From Saccostrea echinata (Eukaryota): a stretch of 64,000 bases of DNA. Both the position numbers and the translations under genes were made by a program. The stretch lies in the NCBI RefSeq assembly GCF_033153115.1, contig NW_026889764.1:13950001-14014000 (forward strand), written 5' to 3'. Every line of letters begins with the position of its first letter. The first letter of the stretch is position 1. The notes under the pieces were generated by a model, which ran no database searches, had not been told where the DNA came from, and saw nothing but the letters and a program-made list of their open reading frames with translations. This document shows positions 1 through 13,896 of the stretch, one piece after another.

Positions 1-2744
1 GCTTATAGATTATACATGCATTGTCTATTGCTTTAACTTTAATATATGGATTCCATGTACGAAATCTAACTCCTTACTGCCAAATGTCCACTGTCACTAC
101 TTTTAGTTATATTCTCCGTCACTACTTTCGTCCGAATATAAATTAATTATACTCTTTATTCTGTACTTATAAGTAAGATTGAAAGAATAACAAACTCATA
201 TATATATGGAATGCTGCTCGTCAGAACGTTTATAACAACACATTTTTATTCAAATTCAACATCCGAATGCAATACTTTATTGTTTATCGTAAAATAACAT
301 ATATACATATACATTTATGTGTGCATCTAATTTACTGGTTTCCATTCCTATTCCTACGTTCTATACGAGCGGTAGAGTGACTTTTCAAGCACGCACCTGC
401 TATTTATATGAACATGTCACGTGACAAAATATTTTACCCTAGGCAATATGTTACTTTTTCTGTAGTTTTTCTAGTGCATAGATATAAACATCTTTATCCA
501 GGGCCTTAGTAAAAATTATAGTATGTGACAATATTCCCCTTCCCTACAGATGTAGAAAAATGAGATATTTATTTTTACCCCCTTTTCTGTCTTTACATAT
601 GTGTGCATCTTCCGCCCTTTCTGCCAAAATACCTTTTGTCTTATGTTGCTCATCAGGAAAGTTAGGAGGTTAGTGTTTTGATATCAAGAGGATATACTTT
701 TCCCCCTCTTTCTCCATGTAAACAGTGCTGGACTCCAGTTAACGTTCTTTTGTGGCTTTTGTAGGTAAATTCAAGCCTGTGTATTAAAGATAACGCAATA
801 ATATTTATAAGAGTGGAAGTGAGCAATTAGCAGTGAGAAGTTGAGGTTAGCAGTTAGCTGTCGTATATGGAATTCATTAGAATACAGCTGTCAATTTAAT
901 CTTAGTATCAAATGAAACCGACAGCTAGTTGACTGAATTATTTTTTACGGTTGGGGAGAGTCTTATGAACGGATTTGCCCGCTGGAACAATATTACTGTA
1001 GATTCATTCAATTTTCAACAGTTTCTTGAAAATGAGCGTTACATAAATAGTTGCCTAAAGCTTTGGCTAACAATTTGATTTGAAAATGAATTGAAATCTT
1101 CGAGGAGGATTCCAATATACGAGTTAATGAGCAAATGTTGTCTTATGCAGCTAAAAGTAGATTTAAATATTCTGTAAGTAAATACAAAGCTGAATTAAGC
1201 AAGTCGTACTTGTGTCAACGTTTCATGGTGCAAGGGTAGAGTAACATTTAATCTAGCGACCGCGTGTTATTTATTTAGAGGCCACCAAATATTTTAACTG
1301 CTTCCCATACTTGATATGTTTTAACCCTTTTAACAGACTTAGACTTCCGTAATATAGTGCATGTATCTGCTCACTTATGAAAATACAAGAAAAAATAATC
1401 AAATTAATTAAAAGAAAAACACGTCACAGTTTATACAACTTTTTTTCTATATAAAGAATACATTTCTCAATAGGAAGTACTTTCTCTATTAAGAACGCTT
1501 TATTCAGATTTGTTTTTACATTTTTTTTATTTTTACATTGCATCCCATCCTATGTTACATTTTCGATCTTAACATATTGCTCCCCCGTGCTATAAATATG
1601 AGATGACATGAAAATAATTTTGGATCTAGAGTAATCGAAATGGTATTCTGATTGATTATGTATTTAATAACTTTATGATTAATTAATAACGAATATGGAT
1701 ATTATAAAACATGGAAAGACAAGAATTACGGGCCATATCTCTCAACTAAATTACCTTAAATTTCTTTTCGTGAAAAATAAATAGAAATATACATGAAATC
1801 CAATATATAGAAATGAGAAAATCTAATCCTGGCCCTCTCCTAGCACTTGGGAACATCACTTTAAAATATTAGACAAACAACCCTAATTTTACAGTACATA
1901 TAGATGCTTGCATTTTAGTTCCACTATCCGTAGATCTGTTTTTTATTAAAAGATGTTTTTTCTCTATGAAAAAAGTGAAGATAAAGAAAAGTAATCAATC
2001 TCACACCCCATGAACAATACGAATCGTGGAACCCCCCCCCCCCCCCACAATAAAAAAAAAAAAATGGAAACACCAGAGATGGGAGCAATTGCCGAGGAGA
2101 TGTAGGCATCTTTCTTTCCGTAGTCACACTCACAAAGAGAGATATGTATTGATCAGGTATATGGTGTAGTCCGTAATCAGCATAAGTATATAATACAATG
2201 AACTAACAAATGCTATAAAACATGTTAATATTCCATTCAACGATAAGCTATGTTTTATAAACAAAGCAACTATAATGACCATAGAATCTACGAAATGCTG
2301 AGATTTATCAAGGCTGTTTAAAGCCCTGTAACATCAATGTTAATTTCAATAGCCTACCTCAATTTAATAGTTAGTCATACTCAAAACACGCTCTTGCATC
2401 CAAATCAGTTGGGATTTAACCACTATACGCTGGTGATTAATATTTTGATAGAATTTTGTTATCTTCACATTTCACTATATACCCCATAACATGCATTATT
2501 TTGGTACGATAGCCAAACATGTATAAAAAGTTCTTGGTTTTTATAAAACTCAAAATTTTGTAAGAGAGAACTTTTTTCTAACGTTTACCAAAAATTATAA
2601 CTGACTGGAACTTTATGTTTAAAGAAAATATATGTGTATAACCGAAACTGATTGTAATTATAATTTATTGCATGTGTAAATATATACGTACATTTGCAAA
2701 TATGTTCCCTTACATAACACTGAGCAATGTTTATCTATCACTGT

Positions 2745-3500
2745 ATAGATACAGGTTGGTCACGTGACCACAAATTCATTGTTATGTCAAAAACGGTCTA
2801 CGAAATTACACAGTGACGTCATGTAGTCGACGCATTCTATGCATTCGATTTAAACAGTTGAGGTTTGAAAAATTAAATTATTTCATATGCTGCTAGGTTC
2901 AGGACTCCTATATTTACATCAGCCTATGCAGGGTTCGGAAAAATAATTATGACGTCGCATTTTATACAAATGAATGTGGATGAATAGATATAAATGTTCT
3001 TTTTTCATAAACACTAAAATGCTTTCATTTTCCATAAATAATATAAATATAAATTGATTTACAACTTATTTTGCCAAAATAACATTAACCACACATAGAA
3101 TGAAAGCTAACGATCTCTATGTTCCGACTGAGATGACGTCATTGACTAATTTGACACGTAGTTTCTCTTTAGTGAAGGCGTGGGCTAAGTTATAATAGTA
3201 GTTTGTAAATATTAATATTTATGTGAAACAGGTGTGATCTGACCAAAATGGTAAAACACGTAGATAGCATCCCTTCTATTTGGAAAAGTGCTGGGAGCTG
3301 GTTGTGCGTTTTGGGTTTCTTCTGTAATCTTATATTGTGCCAATACTTACTGCGTCCTAGCTGCATGATATACGCAAATATCTATCGGGATATAAATACG
3401 GGTTGCTACGTGATGACATCTTCCATAAAGCCCTCCTTATTCATATCCTGATGAACGTAAAAAAATGATACATTATTTCTAAAATTATATAAAATGAATA
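2745..3500. mobile_element. Degenerate non-autonomous element related to the palindromic element at 53170-53580
   Basis: 3382-3480 shares TCTATCGGGATATAAATACGGGTTG...TTCCA.AAAGCCC and the ..ATACATTATT end with the 53.2-kb element. Confidence 0.4.
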
Positions 3501-5708
3501 AATGTAAACAATCGAGTTCCTATCAATCAGTCTTTTTGTTCTTTCTTGAAGAAAATTATTTTTTTTTAATACATTTTCCAATACAATTCTGTTGCACTTT
3601 TCATCTTATTTATAAAAATTCTTAATAAAGAAATGCATACAGTAGATATTCATTTTTTTTTTAAAATTATTATTATACTTAATGGTGAGTATAAAAATAT
3701 AGTTTTCTTATTTAAGAAAGGCATAGAGTGTCCTTATATTGATTATCAGTTACGATGATTGACTTCCAAAATGTAGTTTCTTCCAGGGCTGGTTACTCTT
3801 ATTTACATGTATGTCCATTGTATTCATTCTAATGTCAGTTTATATTTCAATACAATCTTTGAGCAAAATTAATGAACAAATAATTTGCCTTGATTTAAAA
3901 GGATAGACAATCACAAATCGAATAAGAAAAGAATTGACCTTACCTTGCTGCAGAGAATTCTAGACTAGTTGCACTATTGATTTTACATTAGTACTAACAT
4001 ATTTGACAGATCAAGTTTAACAAGGCGGGACTTTTAACACGCTTTCCTTTCTGTCTAATTTCAGATTTAAAAAAAATGAAAATGTAAGAATATCATAGAG
4101 TTATACAATTCCATTTTTTTACACCATGAATCAGAGTTAAATAACATATTCCCAAATCCTTTTAAGATATCTCCAGAGCTATAGAGCTCATTGTCCAAAA
4201 TGTTGTTAAGGTAATCAATAGTCTTTATTAAAATGCCAGTGAATTTATGATCAATTTGATGAAAGTACTTTAATAATTGACCCTCTTATGTTGTGCCAAA
4301 CTCTAGCTAGGTAAAAATCTGTTTCAAGTTAGTTCTTGAAGGTTGCATGAAATGCAATCACATATCATCTACTGCCCATCGGCATTTAAGTTTTCTTGGA
4401 AGATTAACAAACTATGAAATATATAAATGTTTAGAAAGGTGTAAGCAATATACATGTATGTGTGGAATTTCGTGGGTTATAAAATAGTGACTTTAGTCAC
4501 TATTGATGAGAAATTGAATGTATTCATTTTGGGAAGCAGATAAATACGGCTTTCTCATTGAAAAAAAAAATGTAGGTCTTTTATTACTTTCTTAAAAACT
4601 TCATAATGATAATCCCATAAGCAGCAAAAATTATTTTGTATTGTCTTGTGAAATATACATTGTACAAAGCTTTATATAGGAATGTTCAATAGATAGTAAG
4701 CGCAAACCTTATGTGGTGTTTTTACACATTTTACAGACCTGTTGACAAACTTTGAATTACCCTTCAATGGTGGCTATCTTTCGTCTATTGACTAGTTTAT
4801 ACTTTTTTCGAAACACAGATATCTTAAGAAATTGTGATGAAATCGTGATTGGTTTCCTTCGTAAGCGGTAGATTTAGCGCTGTTAGACAACTACCGTTCT
4901 AGCTTTCTCCTTATCTATATGTATTGGAATTGTGATATTTTTTGGTCGATGATTTTTCTTTTTAAATTGCGATTGATATTTTGAAGTTGCAAGCTCTTCA
5001 GGTAAATATTAGTGTCTGTGGTTTCGTATAGTTTTGTCTTTTTTATAAATATGATAGACTTTGAAAGAAAAAAAAAGTTTGTTAAAACTTCCGAAATTTG
5101 TGTTATACTTTTAGACAGATATTTTCGCTTCCTGACATTTTTTTTTTAATTTTTCTAAATATTCAATATATTGATTTGCATGGTAATATAACGGCGTGTG
5201 GTTTTAATGAGAGGTTTGCATGAAAACAAATGTGAATTGATACCATCTTGATGATCAATCTGTACATGACCGAGCTGTGTTGTCAGCATTGTGTGACAAG
5301 CTTGTCAACGTCTTTAGAAAAGGTAAAATTAATTCATATTATTCTTACAAAGTTTCCTTTTCAAACGTTTATACATAAATATATTAAAAATAAAATTAAA
5401 TGAATTAAAATGAATTGCATAATTTAAAACAAAAATCATTAAAATTTGAACTAAAATTTCTGTAAAAAAGAATTATTAGCATTTGAATCAAGCAGCTTTA
5501 AATAACTTCCTTCTTTTGTCTGAAGTTGATTATATTCATTTGTCCTCATTTTAATACAGATAGCAATGTATACATGTGAATTACGTAAATCTGTGAATTA
5601 AAATATGTATCATATTATAACCGATGCACTAACTTAGAATTATAGAATATATCATTGTCCCAAACAATTGCTAACATTCTTTTGAAGACCAATCTTTTAA
5701 ATTAAAGG

Positions 5709-8700
5709 ATGCTGGCTGTTAGATCAGTGATTGTCACGTGCATTATATGCATAATTGTAACTAATGTTGAAAGTGCATGCCGGAACCGCTGTGACAAATA
5801 CCGGACTGGTAAAGGAACAAAGCCTTGTTCCTATAAGCAAACAATGCAAGGAACCTCCTACCGTTCTTGTGGCTTTTTATGGCGAAGTCGGTGTCCGAAA
5901 GGAACGTAGGTGTAGCTTCAATGTGTAACTTATTATGGCCTTCGACATAAAATTGCACAATTTAAATATATAATCAGTCATTTTTAATGTAAAATTTAAT
6001 ATACTTTTTCAGCTATCTTTACTACACTACGAAGTATAAATGCTGTGACATAACCTGTTCAGGTTAGATGAGAAATAAAAGGGCGTGCGCAATATTCGCG
6101 TAATGTACATGTATTGCATGTTGAATTATATCCAATACATGTATTTACAAATTTTGTCATCATTAAGTATTTTATATTTTCACAAAATTCTAAAATTATA
6201 TTCTTCCTGAAGTATATAAGGTCAAAGTTAAGCATTTAATTAATTTTTTTTTATTACTGTAAGAAATAAGCAAGAATAAAGCATTCAGAATATAAAAAAA
6301 AATCTACTTTAAACCCGGACTAATTTTAAGTGCACATGTATTATGCAAATAAAGGACAATATGAAGAATATGATAGGATTTATCAAAGTGTTTTTTTTTT
6401 CTTTGAATTATAAAATTATATGATGTATATATTAAATGCTTCAATATTGTACAGTAAACGGGCGATGGGAACAATGGAGCAGTTGGTCGATGTCAACCTT
6501 CTGCACAAAAACCTGTGGAAGAGGTACGCAAACCTTCAAAAGGTCACGGCAATGTAATAATCCTACACCAAAATATGGAGGAAGAACTTGTTATGGATCA
6601 AGAAATGAATATAAGCATAATAGCTGTTTCATCAAGAAATGCCCAGGTTTGACAACGATATCATTATTGTTAATACGTCATTCCAAGTGTTCTCTGTTCT
6701 CCTTGAAAATACAAGGGCAACAAATTTTAAAAGAGAATTATACAAAAGAAATATCGCATGATTTATTATTGTACATAGGTCCCAAAACAGAGCAATTTAC
6801 ATGTAGTTTCACACTTTTAACATTCAATAAAATTTCATTTAAGTCGATGGTGTTTGGAAGAACTGGAGCACTTGGGCGTCTCAAGGATGGTGCTCAGTTA
6901 CCTGTGGGAAAGGTGTCTTAAAACAAAGTCGGTCACGTTCCTGCAATGGTCCAAAGTATGGAGGAAGAGATTGTATTGGAAAGAAAACAGAAATAAGAGT
7001 ACGTGATTGCAGTAAAGACTTTTGTCCAGGTAATTTTTTAGTTATGCTTTTAAAAACAACTATGTGTATAGGTTGTAGTTAAAACGAACAATAAGATAAA
7101 GAATTTTTATTGAAGTGAATGGTGCTTGGTCCTCTTGGGGTGAATGGGAGAAAATTGGAAAATGCTCTGTCACATGTGGAAATGGACAACAGAAGTATAT
7201 GCGAACACATAAATGTAATAATCCAACTCCACGAAACGGAGGAAAGGATTGTGATCAAACAAAAGCAAAGGAAATAAAACACAAGAAATGCGTTTTGAAA
7301 GACTGTCCCTTTGAAGGTAACTAAATTATAATATGATATGTGTGAGCCTTTTTCGAAAACGGGTTTTGCACGATTTTTTTTGTTTCTAGATCATCCCGTG
7401 TGCATGGAAAAAACCTGTAGTAGATACGGGGAATGTGGCTGTGCATTTGGGTTCTATGGGAATGGATTCAACTGCAAAGGTTTGGAATCTATTTCGAGAC
7501 AAATACTTTACTTTTTTGCTTATTTTAGTCACAAAATATCAAGTAATCTATCAAATGCAATATATCTTTAATAAAGGGAGTCAAGGTAAAAGATTTTTGG
7601 TGCTTTTCATGGAGACCATAGATGTGAAAGACACCCAAAATGATAGTAACAGATCAACAGAAATTCTCATTGCTTCTCAAGCAGCTAGCAAACTATCTTT
7701 GGATTCGTCAAACAATTATCTTTTAAAATCTTTAAACAATCGTATCAACAGCATCAATAAAGGGGCAACTACATTATCAATACCAGCTCGGATGCGAAGT
7801 ATAGATTTTAAGACAGAAAACAAAGCAATGATACTGGAGTCATCAGAACCAGTCTCTGTCTTTACACTCAACCATGATGGATACTCGTCAGACAGTACTC
7901 TTATTCTTCCAACAGACAGACTAGGGACAAAGTACGTTGTTGGGTCAACAGAACCTTATTCCTCGCGAGATTCGTCCCATAAGAGCCAGGTGGCTATCGC
8001 TGCACTTCACAACGACACAACCGTAAAAGTCACCTTGAAACTGAAATCTAAAGGCACATTTTTGTATCAGAATTTGAAATACAGGAATGGTGATAAGATA
8101 AATTTTAAGTTAAACAGGCTCGAAAATTTCCAGTTCTCTCATACATCAGATCTCACCGGAACTTTTGTTGAATCAAACAAACCCATTGCCGTTTTCTCTG
8201 GGAATCGCTGTAATAAATTACAGAGGTTTGGGTATTGCAGTCACTTAATTGAACAACTTCCTCCAGTGGATAATTTAGATAACCAGTTCATTGTACCCCC
8301 AAGCCTAGAAAGTAGTGGGACTAGAGTACGCATTGTTGCGGCTAAGAAGACAAAAGTAATATTTCATTTCGACGATTCAAAGAGGGAAAAAGTGTTGAAG
8401 CCAGGTACATCCAAGGACGTTGAGATTTATGGCCACCACTCCATTTATATTCAAGCTGATGGACCAATAATGGTTTTAAGCTTTGCTGTGCGGTTGGGTC
8501 GACGTGGGGAAGGTGACCCATACATGTCTGTTGTTCCCGGCTTCAACCAGTATCTCAGTGGTTATTACATTCTCGTTCCTAATGGATATACGAAAAATTA
8601 TCTATCCATCATGGTAAAAGCAGCATCAAAGGCCAAACTACGGATTGATGACAAGGCCTTGTTTGATGATAATATTTCCTCGGAAATCAGAGTTCAAGCT

Positions 8701-8853
8701 GAACGAGAGAAATATCTGGTATTAATTGTAAGGGTGGACGCTGGTGGGCATAAAGTTGAGACCCTTGATAAGTCAAGGTTTGGTCTAATGATTCATGGTC
8801 AAAAGGATGGAGACAGCTATGGCTATGCTGCCAACATTATAAAAGTTTCATAG
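5709..8853 (+). CDS. Gene A: secreted protein, signal peptide + EMI-like domain + 3x TSP1 + EGF-like + C-terminal IgGFc-binding-protein domain (730 aa spliced)
   Basis: Seven exons with GT-AG sites: 5709-5905, 6013-6062, 6455-6646, 6844-7029, 7116-7316, 7390-7479, 7577-8853. Total 2193 nt, in frame with no internal stop. Hydrophobic leader MLAVRSVIVTCIICIIVTNVES. TSP1 motifs WxxWxxW..CS/TxTCGxG..RxRxC..PKYGG. AATAAA near 8922. Confidence 0.9.
7577..8853 (+). CDS. Gene A terminal exon: IgGFc-binding protein N-terminal-type domain (FCGBP-like)
   Basis: Motifs GKRFLVLFME, SSDSTLILPTDRLGTKY, DLTGTFVESNKPIAVFSGNRC, SHLIEQLPP, GDPYM, FGLMIHG..SYGY. The ORF-track start at 7435 lies upstream of the exon-7 acceptor and is not the real start. 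Confidence 0.88.
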
Positions 8854-9469
8854 TGAACCATCGTTTCAAATTCCTTCTTTGGTATTTTTTCAAAGATGGT
8901 AACGATGTTGAATCACTGAAAAATAAAACAAATGCATGAAGAAAAAAATTCTTTCTTGTCTTTAAAAAGGTATAAAATGTACGGAAAATTTCATGGATAT
9001 ATAATGTATTTGTTTTTCTGTGCAATAATAACACAAATTAAGGTATAAGCATCTCAATTAATGTTTTTTTCCAAAAAGAAAAAAATCGAGAGTACGGAAA
9101 AAATCGATAAAAATATGTATATTAAATAACTCGCAACAAATGGTGCAAATTTCGTGTTAGATACCAATAATGCTTTCCTTGCGTGACAAAATATGAAACT
9201 AGAGAAGAACGATAAGATCAAACGCCTGCATGCTATTGGTCTGCTTCTTCATTCCTTTGGCAGCGGTTTGTGGTGATATTATCAAAGTTAAGTATTGTAG
9301 TTGATTTTTTTTCACTTAAAATTCTCTTTGTCGAATCAAGATTTCTGATGCAAACAAATCTTTACATTAAAATACATGTTTAAAATTATTATAAACCGAA
9401 ATTTGTTTAACAAAATATTCTCAAATATATAAAACTGTTCTAACCATACAACTTATTTGGTTTAAAGGG

Positions 9470-12305
9470 ATGACAAAGTCCATATTATTGGGTTTAGTCT
9501 TCTTCGCTTGTATTGGACAGCGCATTTTCGTAAATGCTTATTGCCGAAATCACTGCGATAGCCTTTATACAGGCCGTGGAACATATCAATGTCTCAAGAA
9601 ATATACAACAACTGGCTACTTTACACGTGGCTGTGGATGGTTATGGCGCAAACGATGTGTTACCGGAAGGTAATCATATGAAACTGAAAATTCATATACA
9701 TAAAGCATTAAGCAATTCAGTACATGTATTCATTTGATGCATTGAGGTATCTATTTTATATAGACAATTAATATGTTGAACATTTACTTGAACAGCTTCA
9801 AGAAGTATAATTCGAAAAATGCCTGTTGTTCAAAAACTTGCCCAGGTATTTCACTACACAATTAAAAATCTGACTTTAGACTCTAACATATCTATGTTTA
9901 ACAAATACATTGAGAAAAATATGACCAAATTCAAATATATCAAATTTTAAATATATCTTTTTTTTGATTTGAACTATATCATGTTATGATGCAGCAAGAA
10001 AATGTGCTTGTAGTAAATGGAAAATGGGGAAGCTGGAGTAGCTGGTCGCAAATTTCCGGTTGTTCTGTTACTTGTGGCCATGGAACGGAGAGGTTTAGAC
10101 GATTACGAAGCTGCAGTAATCCAAGCCCCAAATATGGTGGACAATCTTGCTATGGCTACAATTACGATAATGACTATAAGAGATGCTTTAGAAAATATTG
10201 TGAAGGTATTTGATATATTGATCTTTATTTCTCTTTGATACATGATATGAATTAAACCTTGCTTCAATTCGCGGAGTAATGAATTGGTTTTTGTGTCGCG
10301 AGTTCGAATCCGACTGCTGGACATGGAGACCGAGATTGCATAAACTTGTGGCAGTTAATCCTGGCACACAAAGGATCCCATGCAACTCTATGGCTATAAT
10401 TGCTGAATGCAGTTCATAACTTGTATTCTTGCACAAGCAATTGGAAGCGTACCAACACGAGTGAAACATTAAGGCACGTAAAACAACCACACATTAAAAC
10501 AACCGACGAAACTTCTAAAAAAAAGCCATCTGCAAGCATGATATCTAAGTTTGCTCCTAAAGTTAAGATATTGCACACCCGTCCTAAGATGAAAAAAAAA
10601 AACGTCCTTTACTCTCTACAACCGTCACCTTCCTAGTTCCTAAGTACTTAAAATTGCACAATCGTAATGTGCCATTAGAATGTTATCTAAAACAATTAAT
10701 GAGTTGAACTAATTAAGGATTGGAATTGTTGATGACAACATTAGTGAATTTGTTAAAATTTATCTTTATGTAGTTCTCCATTTCGTCCAGATGTATTTGA
10801 AAAAAAAATGGAGAAATTGAAATTTCTTTTTCTGATCAATATACGCTGAAATTTAAAGCTTCAGTGGTCATTTCTTAGTCGAGGTCTGCATGAAATTGAA
10901 GGAGACCCTATCGTATCAAAGAAAAGTTGAGTTGCTTATAAGCAAAGTTGTATAAGTTCCCTTTACACTATCCATTAGACTATTTACTATAGTAAAAGTA
11001 ATTTACGTCCGTTTGTCAGTTTGTTAATTATATAAAATTAATTTATCTGTTAGCTATGCAAGTCCTATCACAATGAAATATTCATACAATCCAATCTTTT
11101 AACCTTTTTCCAAGAATTTTTTAAGAATTATCTCCCAAATCTCTCCTAGTTATATCATCCTAAAAACTGTCTTAGGACCATCCTAAGTTTTATCCTATGA
11201 CACAATAAGTCATATCTTAAGACTTTTAAATGACACTTTCGAAAGCATACCTACTGTTCTCGAGACAATGAACTGAAAATATACTTAAGTTATAACTTCA
11301 AATAATAAAATAATTTTGAAAAGAGATTAAAGTTTTTGTCATGAGCTTGCATTTGAATATTGCTCCAATTTTTTTTCAAATAAAGTGGTGTTGATTGAAA
11401 ATAATGAAAAAGAAAACCTAGAAATGATGCGCCCCCAGCTCCTACACCCATCCTGAAAATAAGTGAAATAAAACAAAATGCATGAGAAGGAGACAATTGA
11501 ATAATGTTGACTGAAAATAAGTTTGCAATGTCATCTAATCATCAATTATCTTTGAAGTGAATTTAGACTCTACCAAAAATATGGTATTCGAATTTTAATA
11601 TCTCTATATATCATTGTTATATAAGTTAGATTTTATTATGTTGCAAAGTTCATGGCGGATGGTCAGCATGGGATTCTTGGAAGCCTCAGGGCTCATGTTC
11701 TGTGACTTGTGGATCAGGAATTCGAAAATTTACAAGATCTCGGTCATGCACCAATCCAGCTCCAAAATACGGAGGAAGAAGTTGTAGCGGACAAAAAACA
11801 GATTCTACGACAAGATCGTGTTTTTCTGGCAAACAGTGTCCAGGTAGCTTCAATTTTCCTTCATTTAGACCGTTAACGAGGATCACAAGTCTAATAGTTT
11901 ATATCTAATACCCTGCAAATTATTATGCGTGCATACACATATGTATGAAAAGAGGCTAAGGCTGATATGTAGTTATTCGTTCAAATGGGATAAGTATTAC
12001 ATTCAAATGTATTAGAATATGAGTACATCCGAGTTTTTAAACATTTTTTTTTCATTTACATTAAAGTTAATGGTAGATGGGGGAAATGGACCGCGCTAAT
12101 GCCGAAGTCACCTTGCTCTGTAACATGTGGGACTGGGGTACAGATATTCTACAAGAAAAGAGATTGCAATTCTCCTAAGCCGAGATATGGGGGCAATAAC
12201 TGCCGAGGAAAAGCACAACAAAAGTTAAGGAGGAAATGCTCTACAAATATTGCTTGTCCAGAAAAGGGTAAATCATTAACTAAGATATTGTTATTTACAC
12301 TTGTA

Positions 12306-12344
<39 letters not shown>

Positions 12345-13896
12345 TAGGATTTACTGAAAGTTAAAAGAATTCGATAACTCAATATGAAAGTACAATTTAC
12401 GTTCCAGATTCTATCACATGCAGAGAAAGACAATGTAGCGAGTTTGGTACGTGTAAATGTTCTTTTGGCTTTTATGGAGACGGATTTACGTGTACAGGTA
12501 CATAAAATACACATTTTTCGTTTAATAGTATCAATATCTTATCAGTCCTATTGTATAACATTAAGAAAAAAAGTAGGAGAAAATTGCTTTTATGGTATTA
12601 TAATATTTTACAGGAAGCTTAGGAAAGAAGTTTTTGGTATTGTTTATGGAAAACGCAGTTGATTACTTTAGCTACAAAGACCATTATTCCAGACTTTACA
12701 TCGCCTCTAGAAGAAATTGCACAGCTACGTTAAGAGCATCTTCCACGTTACCTACTAACATGAAAGCAAAGGTTTCTAGATCTCTTCAAGTGAGAGAAGG
12801 ACAAACTAAATTTGATGTTCCAATTAAAATGCGAACGCTAGATTTCAAACAAGAGAAGAAAGGGATAATTGTTGAGACATCTGAGGTGGTTTCCCTAATT
12901 GCTATGAGTTACGATGGTTATTCCTCAGATACGACACTCATTCTCCCAGTAGAAAGACTTGGTCGTCGATATTTGATAGGTTCCTCAGCCCCATATAACC
13001 CAGATTCCTCTGACTATAACAGTCAAGTTGCCTTTGTTGCTGCAGAGAATAATACAACAGTTTCTGTAACCTTCAACATAGACGATGGACACGTTCTTAA
13101 ATTCAAAAACAAAAAGTATAAGACTGGTCATAAAATGACGTTTAACCTGAATCAATTTGAGGACTTCCAGATATCTCACAATCGCGACCTAACCGGAACG
13201 ATAATTGAATCATCGAAACCCATTGCAGTATTTGCAGGAAACAGATGTAATAAACTGAAGAGACACGGTTACTGCAGTCATCTCGTGGAACAGCTTCCTC
13301 CTACTACTGATTTTGACACAACATTTATAGTTCCCCCAAGCCTTCGAAGGAGTGGAGGCATGATTCGAATCATTGCGTTGTCCAGCACAAAAATTAAGTA
13401 CGAAATCGACGGCGTGAAGGCAAATAAATCATTGCAAAAATCTCGCCATATTGATATCGAAGTGAAAGATAAAAGCATCACAGTCATCAAGTCGGATAAG
13501 CCCGTTTTGGTTCTTACTTTTGCCGTTCGAATCAGTCGTCGAGGCGGTGGCGATCCATACATGACAATGGTACCCGGGATGTCGCAGTATATTCATCAAT
13601 ACTATGTGCCGATTCCTAAAGGTTTCGATGCCAATTATATGACAATCATGATTTCCTCTAAGGCCAAGAAGTATCTGCGTCTCAACAAAAAACCGCTGTC
13701 GCCTGATTCCTTTGTGTCAGAGAAATCTGTGAAAGTTAATGGAGTTGATTATCTTACCATCGTCTTGAAAGTTTCAGGTGGTGCCCATGAGGTTGAAGCA
13801 ACAGATGGAACAAGATTCGGTTTATTGATCCATGGACAAGGAAGAGAAGATGGATATGGCTACGCAGGAAACGTTGTCCGCCCGGGCATTGTGTGA
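9470..13896 (+). CDS. Gene B: tandem paralog of gene A with the same architecture (736 aa spliced)
   Basis: Exons 9470-9669, 9796-9845, 10014-10205, 11649-11843, 12067-12267, 12408-12497, 12614-13896. Total 2211 nt in frame. Intron phases match gene A, and exons 2, 3, 5 and 6 have identical lengths (50/192/201/90 nt). Confidence 0.9.
10265..10500 (+). mobile_element. Old degenerate tRNA-derived SINE in gene B intron 3
   Basis: B-box GAGTTCGAATCC, CTGGCAC..AAAGGATCCC core and GAGTGAAA..CGTAAAACAA tail resemble the SINE at 59188. Confidence 0.5.
12614..13896 (+). CDS. Gene B terminal exon: IgGFc-binding protein N-terminal-type domain
   Basis: Motifs [77 protein letters not shown]. Colinear with gene A exon 7. 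Confidence 0.88.

Noticed and set aside
8512-8526. GDPY as an FCGBP-type GDPH autocleavage site
   Set aside because: GDPH cleavage belongs to vWD domains. GDPxM is an ordinary conserved motif of the IgGFc-binding domain and lacks the His.
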